The notes under the pieces were generated by a model. The model had not been told where the DNA came from. It worked only from the letters and a program-made list of their open reading frames with translations, and did not search any database. A stretch of DNA of 64,000 nucleotides from Hydrolagus colliei (taxonomy: Eukaryota): positions 13,578,001 to 13,642,000 of the forward strand of contig CM068755.1 of the NCBI GenBank assembly GCA_035084275.1, given 5' to 3'. Shown piece after piece: positions 12,367-26,500 of this stretch (position 1 is its first letter; every line of letters begins with the position of its first letter). Both the position numbers and the translations under genes were made by a program.

Positions 12367-15300
12367 TTAGCAGAAAGTATGTGTAGTTGCATATTCGCAA
12401 ATGCTCTGCAGAGGGAATTTCAAATTCTGCATAAAATTGCTCCAAGCTGTGTCAATGGGGCACTTCTTTAGTTTAAATGGACAAGCATGATTGCAATGAT
12501 TTCTTGTATTGTCGTGATGCTATTTTGAATTTGCATACACGACTGCCAAGAACAGCGCGTCCGTCGGTCTGGTTCAAGTTCCAAGTGCGGTCAAATACTA
12601 CTTGACAACAATCCAAGCACATCCACAGCAATGGAGATGATTAAGCATTGCCGGCACTATGTGAGCTAAGCAACTGTAACAAAGGATTTCAATAATCTCC
12701 AGGCTTTTGTCCATTTTCTAAGTAAAATATTCCATTGTGTTGTGTTTGTAACAGCACTACAACCTCGAGAGGTTCTTTAGTTCAGAACAAAGGGCTTTGC
12801 AAGGTTCTCCCTGCAGCTTATGTCATGACATGAGGAGCTTTCCCATGTGACAAAGCATGGAGAACTCCGCTGACTTTTTTCAACCCCCAGCGAGTAGGAT
12901 TTTTTTTTCACTTCATTATCATTATTTTTAATGCAGGCAGAAGAATTTCCACTGGAAAACACAAGTGTTGCATTTCCCCCTTTAGCAACATAAGTAATTG
13001 GCATTAATAATTGTGTGGGAAGTGAAGTGAAGCAACGGTACTTCCTACAATGTAGTGGGCTGGGGGGGGAGGGGTAGGTGGGGGGGTAATACGTCGAGAA
13101 GAAAAGAATGCCAAATGATTTGAGACAATGCATTTTGAAGTGTGTGTGTGTGTGTGTGTGTGTTCTTTTTAAAAAACGGCTATAGAATGAAGTCATCAGT
13201 GATCAGTTCCATCAGTGTCAGAATCTCTCACGTTTTCCAAAGTGTGTTGTTGCTGTTGAGTCTTATCATGGCATGAAAATACAAGGCACAAACGTGAACT
13301 TGAACTCCAGCAGCTTTGGGGAAATGCAAACGTTCAGCCATTGCCTGCCCACAGTGCTTGCTCCTTATTGGTGCTGTGAACTGGGCAAACAATACGTGGG
13401 CAACAAACATGCCTACAACAAACCTTGTTATCTATAGTCTGCAAAAGAGACTGGTTTCCAAATTCTTGCTTGTTGAAAAGAAAGTCTGGTCAGTTTCCTG
13501 GTAAACTAGTACATTTTCTACTCAACTGGATGTTTGCTGTGAGGAACTCAGGCCCCTGCTGCGATTGCTTGATAGGTAAGGCTATGATATTATGTCAGGG
13601 CTGATCATGAATTGGCAGCAATTGCACTGTATCTAGAACTATATCCTTTGTGTCTCACCTTCTCGCTAATTATCTTTAAATCCTACCTGAAGAACATATT
13701 TCTTCAACCCTGCCCAGGGAAACTTTCCCCCTCCCCCCATCTGCCTTGCCCAATGTCTGACACCATCGCTGTGAAGGGCTCTGAGATATTATCCTACACA
13801 AAGGGAACTATATGTGTAACAGGAGTACTGTGTGTACAGTACATTTTAATTAGCATTCATATTTGTTGGCCACATGGGGGCATCACAGCTGAGTATGTTG
13901 CAATTGTCATTCGGGCTTTGCACATGCACCCATCTCCAGCAGCATATCAATCATGAGTAAGCACCTTAGCTAATGTTCCCCCCCCCCATAGCCCATGCTG
14001 CTAAAGCTAATTGTAGAGCTCTGTGTGTCTCCTGGCTAATTCCCCACGTACCAAGGCTTGAACCTCAAACCGCTCCACTCTCTATGGCTCAGCTGGATAA
14101 GCTGGGTAAACCTGCTGAGCTACTGCGATTGCATACTTGTAGGCAAACGCGGCAGACAGTTTGCACACAGCAATGTTCCCACAAACAGACACGAATTGAA
14201 TGATCTGGCAAACGAGAGATATTCGCTTTCCTTTCTGTGGAGTGCAACGGGGACTGTTAATGTTTTCGGTTTCATCTGGAGGACATCACCTACCACTATG
14301 AAGCGCTCCCCCAGCTCCATGGTAGCGTGGCAGCCCAGAACAGGAATTCAAAGTCTCGATGAGTTTCTTCAACCCACAAGCGTCTGACTCAGAGGGAAGA
14401 ATGCTACCAGGCCAATACCTTCAATGCAGTTATTGTAATTCCGGTTCTTTTATTTCAGTATAAAGCTCTTCCAAAGAAACATAAAGTGCTCATAGAATCA
14501 TGTCTTTCTCCCTGAATGATTTCCTCCTTTACATTCTTCTGAACTCTGTGGGTATCTGCTGTTCTTTGTGTTACGCTATAAACGTCAGCCTCTTAACCAT
14601 AAGCATTATATAAAAGATGCGCAGTAGGGAACATTGCAGTTCCCAGATTGTCCCATGATTGAAACCTGACAAAACAAGGGGTAATTCTGAAAGTCATTCT
14701 CGATCACGGATTCATTGTTGAAGTGAAGCAATCTAATTACTTTGGATTTGTTTCAATGGGATTTGTTACCGAAGAAAAAAAAAGACTGATATGTCCTATT
14801 GTCAGCTTCAGTGACTGAAGGTTCAAACCCACATCTGTACTGGAGTCTGACTAAGAACACTGATTGTAGTCCACATTGTAGCTACTGGCGGGTTGGGGGT
14901 GGGGGGGAGCTCTGTAATGTCGAGTGCCGAGTTTGGATTAAATGTTAAATCGAGGTCAGTCTGCCTCTTCAGTTGGGCATTAGGATCCCATGATACTATT
15001 TGAAATGCGAGGGGAGTTTCTTCAATTCTTCTGGCCAGCATTTTTCCAGATGAATTGATCATTCATCTCACGGTTGGTTGTGATGAATGATTCAATCACC
15101 CTTCCACCCCATCTGCCTTGCAATCCTCTGAGCCCCAACTCCCAGCTCGGGTCCAAAAAACCCTCACTGTTCAACACTCTGGGACAGCTCTGTGATGTGA
15201 ATAGTGCTGTACGGGTGCAATTTGTTGTTGATTAGTGCAAATGGTACCAGAAAGCTGCTTGTCATGTATTTGACTTTGACTTCTTCAGGTGCTCTACAGA

Positions 15301-15920
15301 TGTCAGTTCTTATTTTACAGTGGTCAGCTCTCACCGAATATTGCTGGCAACTAACTTCAATTCCCTTAGATTGGATTAAAGTATCAAATCCATGGCTCTA
15401 TTAACTCCATGTTAACAGATAATATTACTTTAAAGAGAAAAGTCAACAACTGACACACTTTATTTGGCTCTGTAACCCAAAACAAACAAAGAGTATATCT
15501 TCAGCTGCTAAATGAAGGAGAGCTTCTTTTAAATTAACATATATATATATAACATTTATTATATAAAGGGAATCTATTGCCACATCTATGAGTCTTTTGG
15601 CAGATTCTCCATTCAGAGTCTGTTGATAGATCTTAGCTATCAAAACAAGATGCTTTTTAATTCCTCATTGTCGCGAATTTTATGTAAGCAATTGTTTTCA
15701 GTACCTTTTGTTGCCATAATTTTAAAGAAAAATCAATGCTCCTCTCTTAATGATATCAGAAGACCACAATAGAGAGTGAAATGTTAGTAAGAGAGATAAA
15801 TTGTGTGCCCTGGGGATGGGCACAAACCTCAATCAGGTTAGAGACCTTGGAATAAGGAAGCAATCTTAATGAATGAACACACTTTGGATACTTGGAAATG
15901 ACCGAGCTATGGGTTTATAT

Positions 15921-16228
15921 AATAATAATAATCCTTGCATTTAATATAGCCCTTTTCACATCTTATCGATGTCTCAAAGCGCTTCACAGAATATACTGTA
16001 AAGTGAATTGACTGCATATTTGTGAGCGAAACGCGGCAGCCAATTGCACACAGCAGTGTCCCACAAACAGTTGTGGATTGAAAATGACCAATTTTTTTTT
16101 TTTTGATGGATTATTATTAGGCATGTGGAGTAAGGAAACTTGCCCAAGATTTCGCCCAGATCTGCCTGGATTTGTACACAGGTTTCACACTTGTAAGGCG
16201 AGTGCTATAACCACTGAGCTGCAGGAGC
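15921..16228 (-). mobile_element. Same SINE family, full length
   Basis: Reverse complement of the 11830 copy over its whole length. Confidence 0.9.
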
Positions 16229-18040
16229 TATAAACAAGGTGGAGATGGGAGAGAATTCTTCTGATGCACGATACCACAGGACGATAATAATAAGAATCCT
16301 TGTATTTTATACAATGGCTTTCACATCAGGAGGATGTTTCAAAGTGCTTCACAGGATTTACTGTAAAGTGCAGCAACTGTGTATTTTGTAGGCCAGTTTG
16401 CACACAGCAGTATCCCACAAAGAGACATCATGAAGTGAGGAACCGATTTGATCTGCAAGAAATAAAATGTACATCATTTCTCAACTCGTGCTGTTTCTCG
16501 GTGGGATAGTAATGATTGATAATGGTGTAAAAGTTTACTAAGGAAACTGTCCATAGCTGGTGTATGTGGAATAATCCAGTTTGCGTCCACTGAGACGCAT
16601 CCAATTATCATCTCAGGCAGGACAGTGTTGTTACTCACTTCAGCTGGACCTACCCTTCAACCTTGAAAGGCCACATACAAGAATAAGATATCATTACAGA
16701 CATTAAACCAAGTATTTTGTTTCAGGTTTCCAATATTGTCCCCTGCCCCCTCCCCATATTCATTCGAGTTTATATCATGGCAGGAATGTGTCAATCAGGT
16801 CTATTTACCTTGCAAGCCACTATTAAGTGATGTGTTCGTTAAGTAACATTGAAGTCTGGGTAAGTGAAACAAAAGTATTTATAAGTTTGTTCAGTAATAC
16901 GGGATGTGTGGCTTGACAGGATCAAACCAGACAGAACTGAAAACCGAAGCTAATTTGGTAGGGGCCGCTTTGAGCAATACTCAGATCAAATAAATCTAGT
17001 GAAATCAAATAAATGTTACAATTCTTTCACAACAGCAATTCCAATTTCTAGCAGAAAATGGACCTGCTGGAGTGTTATACTCAACATTTATGTCTGGTCA
17101 CCGCGCACATTCATTTAGTTTCAGGAGGAACAGAGAAGGAGAGAGAGAGAGTACTTCCAAGTGAGTGATGAAAGAGTGGGAGTCCAAGACTGCATTTTCA
17201 CATATCGATCTACACTTGCACCCAAACTCAAGTATGCGGACAATACTTTCTCTCGAAAGCTGGGATCGTGGCTGAGATGGGGAGAGCAGGTTTGCAAGGC
17301 TATGGAAGGGACACCACTTAAGAAAGACGTAAAATTACCTTTTATCATGGTTTTTTAATGACTTACCAGGAAGGTTCCAATGGCGATATCCTTCCTCAAA
17401 AGCTTTCAGGATCATCAACATAAATAGCTCTTTAATTGGCCCCAGTGTGGAGCGCAGGCCGGCTGCTTTGTCTGAGCACCCTGCCTCATGCCTCCTTTGC
17501 ACCTTGCCCTCTGGCAATTCCTCCGAAGCAAATGGAGTAGTCAACATCTATTACCAAAACCGAATTTTGACATGCCTCTCAGCAATTTAGCAAAGCTTCC
17601 TTTTTGTTTTACAACCTTGCCACTCGACTTCCACAGGGATGAAAAGCACCGCAGCGCTACTGTTCGCAACGTTTCTTGAGTAGCTGAACCACCGCAGATT
17701 TGCAGTATAGTGTGTTCTGCCTGTGTCTTGGGGATACACGTGGAATAGGGTTTTTAAAAGTATATAACATTTTTGTCAACCTTTTAACATGTTTTTTTTG
17801 GGGGGAAGGAGAACTAATTTTGCCATACACTTAGCTGGAACTTTAACCTGGCTACATTCATATGGAGCAGGTTTAGCGCAAGTATAAGTGGTCTGGAACC
17901 ACTTGTATGGGGGTTTTCACCCTAATAATTAACATAAATATGGATTGATTGCCTGATCTGGATAATGTCTACTTCTGCCACTGCAAGATTCAAATGTTCC
18001 ACCTGATTTAAGTCACCGACCAATATTGAATTGATTCTAA

Positions 18041-18243
18041 CAAAAACACGAAATACTGCAGATGCTGGAAATCTGAAACAAAAACAGAAGTCGCCGGGAA
18101 CACTCAGCAGGTCAGGCAGCATCTATGGAGAAAGGAAAAGTGAGAACTCAGGGTCGTGGACCCGAAACGTTGACTCACTTTTCCTTTCTCCATAGATGCT
18201 GCCTGACCTGCTGAGTGTTCCCAGTGACTCCTGTTTTTGTTTT
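18041..18243. mobile_element. Palindromic non-autonomous element (Penelope-type terminal repeat derivative)
   Basis: 49-bp perfect inverted repeat (18096-18144 / 18174-18222) around a loop containing GGGTCGTGGACCCGAAACGTTG. Confidence 0.85.
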
Positions 18244-19343
18244 TGTTTAATTGATTCTGTTTTGCTTGCTTTCTCCCCTCTTTGTATTCTCGAGCACTAT
18301 TTTCAGACAGCCAGAGTTGGCAGATATAAGGTGACTTCTTGAGCTGACCCTGGTAAATAAACAAAAGCAGAATACATTCACACGGCTCTACATACAGTCT
18401 CCCTGTGGAGTGTTGTTGCTCCCCTTGTAACCTACTGACTGACTGTTTGGTTGAGATCAGGCTCGCTGTGTGAGCTGCCTGTTTCTAGTCATTCCTTGTG
18501 TTACCGCATCTGCACTCTACTCTGGAATTCTATTAGCTTTGCTGGATATTTTATTTATTCGATCAAGTATCAAGGCCAGGAATAGTTGATGCACTCGGTT
18601 GATACCCTTGTGAATAACTTGGCTACACCAGTGATTGGCACAGAACATTTAAAGTAATTATGTGGTTCAAGTTGCCCTTATAAATTACATTATAAATAAA
18701 TGAAGTGATCATATCATTCTGTCACCTAACACCAGGGACGCAGCTGACAGTTTGATTTGCTTAACACAGTACGTTATTGATGGGGAAGCATCTAATCTGG
18801 CCAAGAATTAGATATTCTTCTGGCATGCAGACATCAGAAATATTTTGACGTTTACCTTCATAGGAGACCAGTGAAACCATTATTGGGCTCTTAAATCCTG
18901 TCCAGTACAATTCACAAGATCCTGAGATTAGTTCCTTCTGGTTTGGTTTCTTCCCTCCACCATGAAGGATGTGTAGAGTGGAATGGTCAGATGTGGATAT
19001 GTGCCCACAATCTGCCAAACTCACATGATTGTTCCTCTGCCTGAACTATTAAGTGAAGGTCAGGCAATTTCTCCCAAAGCACAGCAAAGCAGGTAGTTCC
19101 ATCCCTGTTTGCTCTTGTCCACCTGCCAACAACTAAAGTCAACATGAGATTGGCAGAGACCTGGGAGCAGATGACTTATCACTTCTCAGGCCAGGGTTGG
19201 AGCACAAGGAGAATGAATAAGGCATTTCCCTTTATCTTAAACCTTATCTCCAAAACAAGTAGGCATTTTTGTATTTTAAAAATTCTGCCCGGAGGCCTCA
19301 TCGTAATTCTTATATTCTGAAATGTTTGGATAGCTGGGTTATT

Positions 19344-19667
19344 GGATTCCTGTAGCTCAGTGGTTAGAGCACTCACCTTACAAGCTAGAGCACCGGGTTC
19401 AGTTCCAGGCAGGGCGAAACCTTGGGCAAGTCTCTGTACTCCACACGCCTAATAATAATCCCTTGGAAAAACACAATAATAATTTGGTCATTTCAATCCA
19501 TGACAGTTTGTGGAACTATGCTGTGTGCAATCGGCTGCCGCATTCCGCCCACATATAAACAGTCAATTCACTTTACAGTACGTTACGTGAAGCGCTTTGA
19601 GACATCTAGAAGATGTGAAAGACGCTACAACAAATGCAAGGATTATTTTTTTGAAATTATTATTATT
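19344..19667 (+). mobile_element. Same SINE family, full length
   Basis: tRNA head, core and (ATT)n tail. Confidence 0.9.
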
Positions 19668-20509
19668 GCCTTGGTATTAGTTTTGCCATTTTCAAAGTGT
19701 TTGAAATGATGCAGTCTATTTGATGTTTAGCCTGTGTTGTTTTTTATTTGATATTAGCACCCGCGAGTATAAGCATTTAGTGTTCCTCAAGGTTTTGAAT
19801 ATGAGTCACAAAAATGCTGAAAGTAAGTGTGGAAATTGGCTCAGATTTACATTGTGCAGCTATTTAATTAGTACAAAAAAGCATCATCCATATTTTGCAA
19901 TAGATTAAATGCCCCAATCCTTATATCTCCTTCTAAAGTACTGCATTATTTGCCAATTTATTATCCTTTTAATATGATAATATTACATGAACTATTAAAC
20001 AAATGGGTATTTTGTAAATGAACCGTTTTTAAGTGAAAAGAACTTACGCAATGACATGTTATGCTCATGGAATTGATTTGCCATTCACTTTACATTTAAA
20101 TTGATTCAATTCTAATGTTCGCTCTTTTAGAAATAGACAACAAAGCACGTAACTTCAAAGTTGGTTTGTCCCATAAACTAAGTGGCTTAAATAGAACAAA
20201 CAATATCTTCCGATGTTCAGTCAAGTAAGTTGTCATCTGAAACAAGAGAACACCATCTTGAATCAGAATCATATCTTAGCTACATCCTGATCCCAAATAA
20301 GAGCGCACTCTCTGAGAATACACAATTACCACAACATTTGTGAAGTAAAACCTCTTGGAGTTTCAAAGTGAAAAATCTGTGTGTACATTACAACGACATG
20401 CTTTATAGAGCATCCTTTACATGGGGTAGCACCTCAAGCGTTTTGAATTGCATAGAATCTACAGCACCGGAACAGATCATCAGGCCAGCCAGCTTGTGCT
20501 GGTATCCCT

Positions 20510-20945
20510 CATAATAAATTAGTCATTTTAATCCACAACTGCTTGTGGGACACACAGCTGTACGCAATTGGCTGCCATGCTTTGCCTGCAAAATATACAG
20601 TCAATTCACTTCAGTTTACAGTATATGGTAGAGTCCTGTAGCTCAGTGGTTAGAGAATTCGCCTTGCAAGCGAGAAACCTGGGTTCAATTCCAGACAGGG
20701 CGAAACCTTGGACAAGTCTCTGTACTCCTCACACCTAATAATAATAAACCCTCGGAAAAAAACAATAAATTGGTCATTTCAATCCACGACTGTTTGTGGG
20801 ACACTGCTGTGCGCAATTGGCTGCCGCGTTTTGCCCACAAATATACAGTCAATTTACTTTACAGTATATTCTGTGAAGCGCTTTGAGATGTCTAGAAGAC
20901 GTGAAAAGAGCTACATAAAATGCAAAGATTATTATTAGTATTATT
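20510..20945 (+). mobile_element. Partial SINE (20510-20626) followed by a full-length copy (20631-20945)
   Basis: Core sequence occurs twice in tandem; the second copy has an intact head. Confidence 0.88.
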
Positions 20946-22094
20946 AACACACCACATGCCTCCGCCCATTCTAATATTCTTTCCCAAGTCCCTCCCCACC
21001 CCTTTATCCCCCATATCCCTTCTATTTCCTTCTCTTACACCTGATTTTATTTTTACCGATTGGATTCTGTTATGCAGTGTTCACACAGCTGCACTTCCAT
21101 ACTACATGACATGGCATTGGAGGTGGTCAAGTTTGAAACCCTGGTTCATCACTGAAGAAAAGCATTTGCGATTGTCTCTTGACTGTAAAACGTGTCTGGC
21201 CTGTGGGTTATTCGTGGGCCTTCGGAGTAGTAAACATCCGAAGGTCAAGTTGTCCAAATCGAATGCTCTGATCTCACCTTGTGGGAATCACACCAGTTTG
21301 AATCATTGAGGTTGAACAGGAGTGGAGCCAGCTCCTGATTTGCACTAACTGAATAAACCTTGTGATTTAAACTGATGCTTTGCTGCCAGGCATGTGATAT
21401 AAATGTAGCATAAAGTAGCACAGGGCTGGATTTTTTTTTTAAAAAAGGAGATTTCCATCTCAGCAGAGCAATTGTCAGGAATAAAATGTGCCTCGTGAAG
21501 ATTTTCAGCCTCTTGAGTAATTATAAAACCTCAAGAGTGATTGTGCATTTTTCATATGCAGCAGTAGAATTAAAGAAAATCCTAATTTCAGCCTTGCAGT
21601 TGTCAAATATGTGACAAATGATATAATATACCATTTTCTAAGGAAGCTAGCCATTACAAATATGTAAAACTTTGATTTGTAATGAAGTAATAATGAGAGA
21701 TAACTGTGAGTAACGCCATAAATTCATGTATTTGTCAAACTTTGTGCATGTATTAAAATAATTTAATGGCTAAGGGAATAAGGTAGCTCTTTTTTAACTG
21801 ATGGGAGGCGTATTACTGTTTGAAGCGACTGAAGGCATTAGCTAAAGTAGCTCCTATATAGGACTTGAACTATAAAAAAAAGAGAGCTTTTGACTGGATT
21901 GTCTAGAGGCAGGAAGGGGCTTTGTGGATTGCATACCTTCCCAGCCTTAGTTGGGGGGAGAAGGGTAGGTGGGTGCTCCCCTATTCGCAATGTCTTCCCT
22001 TACCGAGTATTCAATTTGTAATATATATTCTCAGCATGAAACTCATGAATTGTTGTGGTTGCAATTGTGTTTTTAATAATTGGTGCATTTGAGC

Positions 22095-22474
22095 AGTCCT
22101 GTAGCTCAGTGGTTGGAGCACTTGCCTCGCAAGCCAGACACCTGGGTTTGATTCCCGGCAGGGTGAAACGTTGGGAAAGTTTCCTTATGCCGTACACCTC
22201 TGTTTAGCTAGCAGTTAGTAGGAACCCGGATGTTAGTCTATTCATGGATCGCTTTTCCGGGGATAATAATTCCTTCAATTTTAAACATAATAATATTTGT
22301 AATTTAGTCACTCAATCCACGACTGTTTCTGGGACACTGCTGTGTGCAATTAGCCCCTGCGTTTCACCCAAACAATATACAATCCATTCACTTTACAGTG
22401 TATTCTGTGAAGTGCTTTGAGACATCTCTAAGACGTGATAAGGTGCGATATCAAACACAAGGATTATTATTATT
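22095..22474 (+). mobile_element. Same SINE family, with an internal insertion
   Basis: Head, core and tail present; extra sequence at about 22200-22260. Confidence 0.85.
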
Positions 22475-23158
22475 GATTCATTTCAGATGTAAAGACATCA
22501 GATCGAGTAGATATCCATACAAACTGTAAGACAAATCTAAGTCACATACTACGTGAGTGAGGAAATAATTTGTGGAGTAAAAAGAAAGCAGGTGGAGTTC
22601 AACAACTGATTTAGTTTCAAACTAAGATGATGCATCAAGGTGCCAATTGTCATGAGAATAGATTATATTGAGTGGTTGGAATCCATTCACCAAAGCAGTT
22701 GAAATCCTAAATTCTTAGATTGAGCATTACTTCACAGTGTGCATTTTCCAAAAGGAAAGAAATTGCAATGATTTAGTAGTGGCATTAATGAGACTGAGTA
22801 TCTAAATCATTGTCTGAGGTCTTCAACCTTAAACAGTTTCAACATGTTGGTAACTGACTAACCATGAAATTGTTTAAGTTTCCTTTAAGGATTTCTTGGC
22901 GTCTAGGTTTTTTTTTGTACCCAGACTAAAATGAACAATTTGGGGAGATTTATGTTATTTTTAATATATATATTAGTTTCTAAGTTTTCTTTCATTTTGT
23001 TTCTGTTCCATAGACCTTGAGCATCATAACCACTGTAAATGAAGTATTTCTTCAACCTGTTACTGATATTTATTGTATGAATGGACAGGCAAAGTACCTT
23101 ACTTTAGAAAATTGGTTATCTAACGTATTATGTCCTCCTCTCCCTGGTTCTTTTACAG

Positions 23159-23181
23159 ATAACAGTTCTTTGGATAAACAG
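23159..23181 (+). CDS. UNC13C: Munc13-3 coding exon 2 (23 nt; (D)NSSLDKQ)
   Basis: TTTTACAG|ATAAC...AAACAG|GTTCTA; phase 1 to 0; similar to human DSSSVDEK. Confidence 0.85.
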
Positions 23182-23530
23182 GTTCTAAATTGCTGTTTCA
23201 CCTTTCATAAAGAATCATGTGAATTTTGTCGCATTTTTGAATGTGGTATTTTGTATTGAATGTACCCATTTCATGTCCCACTTGTCTCGCATGGATCTCA
23301 CCCTCAGAACTACATGAAATTACCATTACTTGTTCTGTATTCAGTACACAATGCATTATATGTGAACAGGATATTTGTTGTTGAAAATTAACCTTTGCAA
23401 GCGCAATCACACATAAAATATTTCACATGTAGTAATAAGTGCGATAAAGTGTACAATGTGAGAAAGTAGGTTTTTCATTATTTAAGCACTTCATAACGTG
23501 ACCTTTTTTTTTATTTATCTTTTATTAAAG

Positions 23531-23595
23531 GCTCATCAAGGAAGTGCAAATGTGTTGGATGTTGCCCTACTTTCCGGCTTCAAGCCTACAGGAGG
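23531..23595 (+). CDS. UNC13C: Munc13-3 coding exon 3 (65 nt; AHQGSANVLDVALLSGFKPTGG)
   Basis: Long T tract, AAG acceptor, GG|GTGAGT donor; phase 0 to 2 fits both neighbours. Confidence 0.85.
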
Positions 23596-26500
23596 GTGAG
23601 TCAACGTTTAGACAAGATATTTCACAAATTTTACTCAGAGCGGTAATGTTTCTCCCTAAAGCAAACTAATTTTCACTTCTGCCATAAGTAATGTCACTGT
23701 GCTTCGTGGTAGATAAGCTTCTTCCAAGCAACCAGGTCTCCCCTAGGTGCTTTCTAACTGCTGTACTTGTTTCGCTCATAAAATATACAGTCAGTTCACT
23801 TTACAGTATATTCTGTGAAGTGGTTTGTGACATGATAAGGTGCAAGGGTCATTAGTATTATTATTATTATTACTACAGATGATTAGGGATACTTGGTTTT
23901 GATTTTTATTAACATTTCAATTTCTGACAGATAATATTGGCGTTTATTTTACCTTTTTTTTGTTTAGACCTTTAGACTATTTTTTTGGTCTGCGAAACCC
24001 GTCCACTGACTGAATTCCCTTTGTTAAACAGAGTGCCCATTACATATTTGTGTTCATCATTTTAAACACAAATGGCTATACAATGGATTTTAAGCTGTGG
24101 CACTAACTCACGGAAATAGAAAAGGCTGTTTTATTGGTGCTCATTCTTGGTTTACACTCACTCCCCACTCTCCACCAAAAGCTTTCTGATGTTCCAAAGG
24201 GCTCTTTGAAATGAAAATGCATACCCTGGTTCAGGTCTCGGAACGCGAAAAGACTTCCAAATAAGGATGTTTGAGTATTTTCATGATCCCAAGGCCATGA
24301 ACGAGCTGAAAGTGTGTTGTTGCTGCATTTTACGAGTCAGCTTGGATTTAGAGTTCCTCAATCACAAGTGGGTCAGTTCATACTTCTTCGTGTGGTGTTG
24401 AATTTGTACGCGATGAAATTCGAATTGGAAAGTTCGGCTAAACTTTATCTGATGGTTAAGAGACTAGGTTTTTTTTTGCAATAGGGAAAGCATAGGTATG
24501 AACTGCATTATTATAAGATTAACAATGAATATTGTTAAGTGTAACAATTACTATTAAAGAAATCAGATCTCTTTATCACATGTGTCAGATATAACTATTG
24601 TAAATTTGAAGGAGTTGGTAACGTGACTTCAGTTTGATGACCTAAATCATGCAGCAATAATCGTCCGTTTTGAAAAGGTTAATTGTAAAAAAAAACTTTT
24701 AATCAGTGAATTTTGCATTTTCAGTGTATTCCAATAAACCTCTTCACAACTTTGCATCACGTTTGAGGACAACTGTATGAAATTTAATGGTTACTTCATT
24801 TTATTTTCATTGCTCATATGACTAGAGGGGATGAAGCAGTACAGCAGTATTTATTATTTTACTGCTGAGCTGGAGATAAAGCCATAAAAAATTGTAAGAA
24901 AATATGAAAACATTCACTTGTGACTTTATTCAAAATTGGACCCTTCACAGCTTTCCACCCCCCCACCCCACCTCACTCCCCGCTGAAAAAAAAATCACGT
25001 TTCTTTGTCCACATGTCTTTGACTCTTTTTATTTCCTTTCAACATCTCTCAATTACCGTCACTTGCTCGAGTGGCAATTGCTCATTGCATGAGCTTTGAC
25101 AGTAAAGGGCTACAGGCTATTCAGTCAGGAGATCATCACAGTTAAGTCTGATCTGATCCTGTCCTCACCCATCATCCACACACACACACACACACACACA
25201 AACTCACCCTCCACCTTCCAAAAACCTGGCAGCCTTTTCCCTCCCTCACCACCACCATCTCCCAGCCTTCACCACATACACTTTATTGGAGTCGGCAAAT
25301 AGTATAGGGCACACCAAGCAGGTTAAATCGAGGTTTGTATTGAGTTAACATGATTCACCCAGGGAGCTACAGTTGATGTCTTTGCCCTTTGGCTCAGATG
25401 AGGGCAAGACAACCACTTCCTGATCTCTATCTGGAGAATCCTACTTGCGTGTGTGTGTGTGTGTATGTGTGTGCGTGTAGATGTTTGATGAGAAGAGTAT
25501 AAGATATGGCTGCGTTTTCTCCACTCCACCCTCGTGAGTGAATAACCTGCCAGCACTCTCTGCACTCACGATTAAGGCATTTGCATTTCCAGACATGAAT
25601 AATATCCATTTGAACAAGCTGCTGGGAGAGTGAGCAGTTCGGGTGAAACCATTCCTCGGTGGAAGGGGAAAGGAGTTAATTACTTGCGAGAGAGGAGGAG
25701 GAGGAGGGTTGGGTGGGAAGATTTTTGTGTAAACCCCCTTGCTCCCCCCAAAAAAAACAGTGCCCCCAAAATATCTTCACAATGTACGCAGGACTCCCCC
25801 ACACACACACACATGCAGTCATGTTATTTATGTGTGATGAGTATAAACCAATTAACCTCAATCTGAACCAGTTAACAGAGTGCTATTTGGGCAATTGGGA
25901 AAGGCTGCAGGAATTCATGATGTGAGTGATGCTCATGGTGATTTCAATTTCTCCCAGGATAAATAGTCTGTGGTTAGAGCGGATCACTGTGTGATATGCT
26001 TGAAACTCTTGATTGCTTTTGACTGCAACTACAACAACTTGCATTTATATCATGCCCTTAACAGGGGGGGGGGGGGGATAGCTTCCCAGAGCACTTCCAG
26101 TGTTGTCTACTTGTGGTACAGAAACATTTCGAACGTACATGAGTTATACTGTGAAGCAGGTCTGCATAGTAAATGTTGCTACTATCACAGTAAAAACACT
26201 TTCATATCACCTGTAGGTTTCGTCGGTGCTTAACTGTAAATTAACATAATACAGTATTGTATTGAGTGAAAGCCTATTACCATAAGGAGTACTTTTTTTT
26301 AGAGATAATGAGATTGAACCAAAGCAGAAATACTTTTACCTTTAGGTACGCAATATTGCATAATAAATTATATATTAAAAAATTGTTTAACTGCAGTTAT
26401 ATTTTGTGTTATTGCTTTTAAGCCCTAGTTATTGCTACACTCTTGGCATGATTCAAAGAGGTTTCCAAAATCCCAAATTCTGCAAGTGTCGTGCGACTCC

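Noticed and set aside
15170-15191. REST/RE1-like site TTCAACACTCTGGGACAGCTCT
   Set aside because: Two left half-site mismatches, non-canonical spacing, and it lies in decayed repeat sequence.
17335-17547. Antisense exon (minus-strand CTG|GTAAGT donor at 17366 with a 70-aa frame)
   Set aside because: No recognisable homology, acceptor or partner exon; a single donor match is expected by chance.
20631-20705. tRNA genes at SINE heads
   Set aside because: Each runs directly into a SINE body and tail and has stem mismatches; these are SINE heads, not tRNA genes.
19422-20938. Recurrent similar short ORFs (FQSTTVCG...KCKDYY) suggesting a peptide family
   Set aside because: They are translations of SINE copies.
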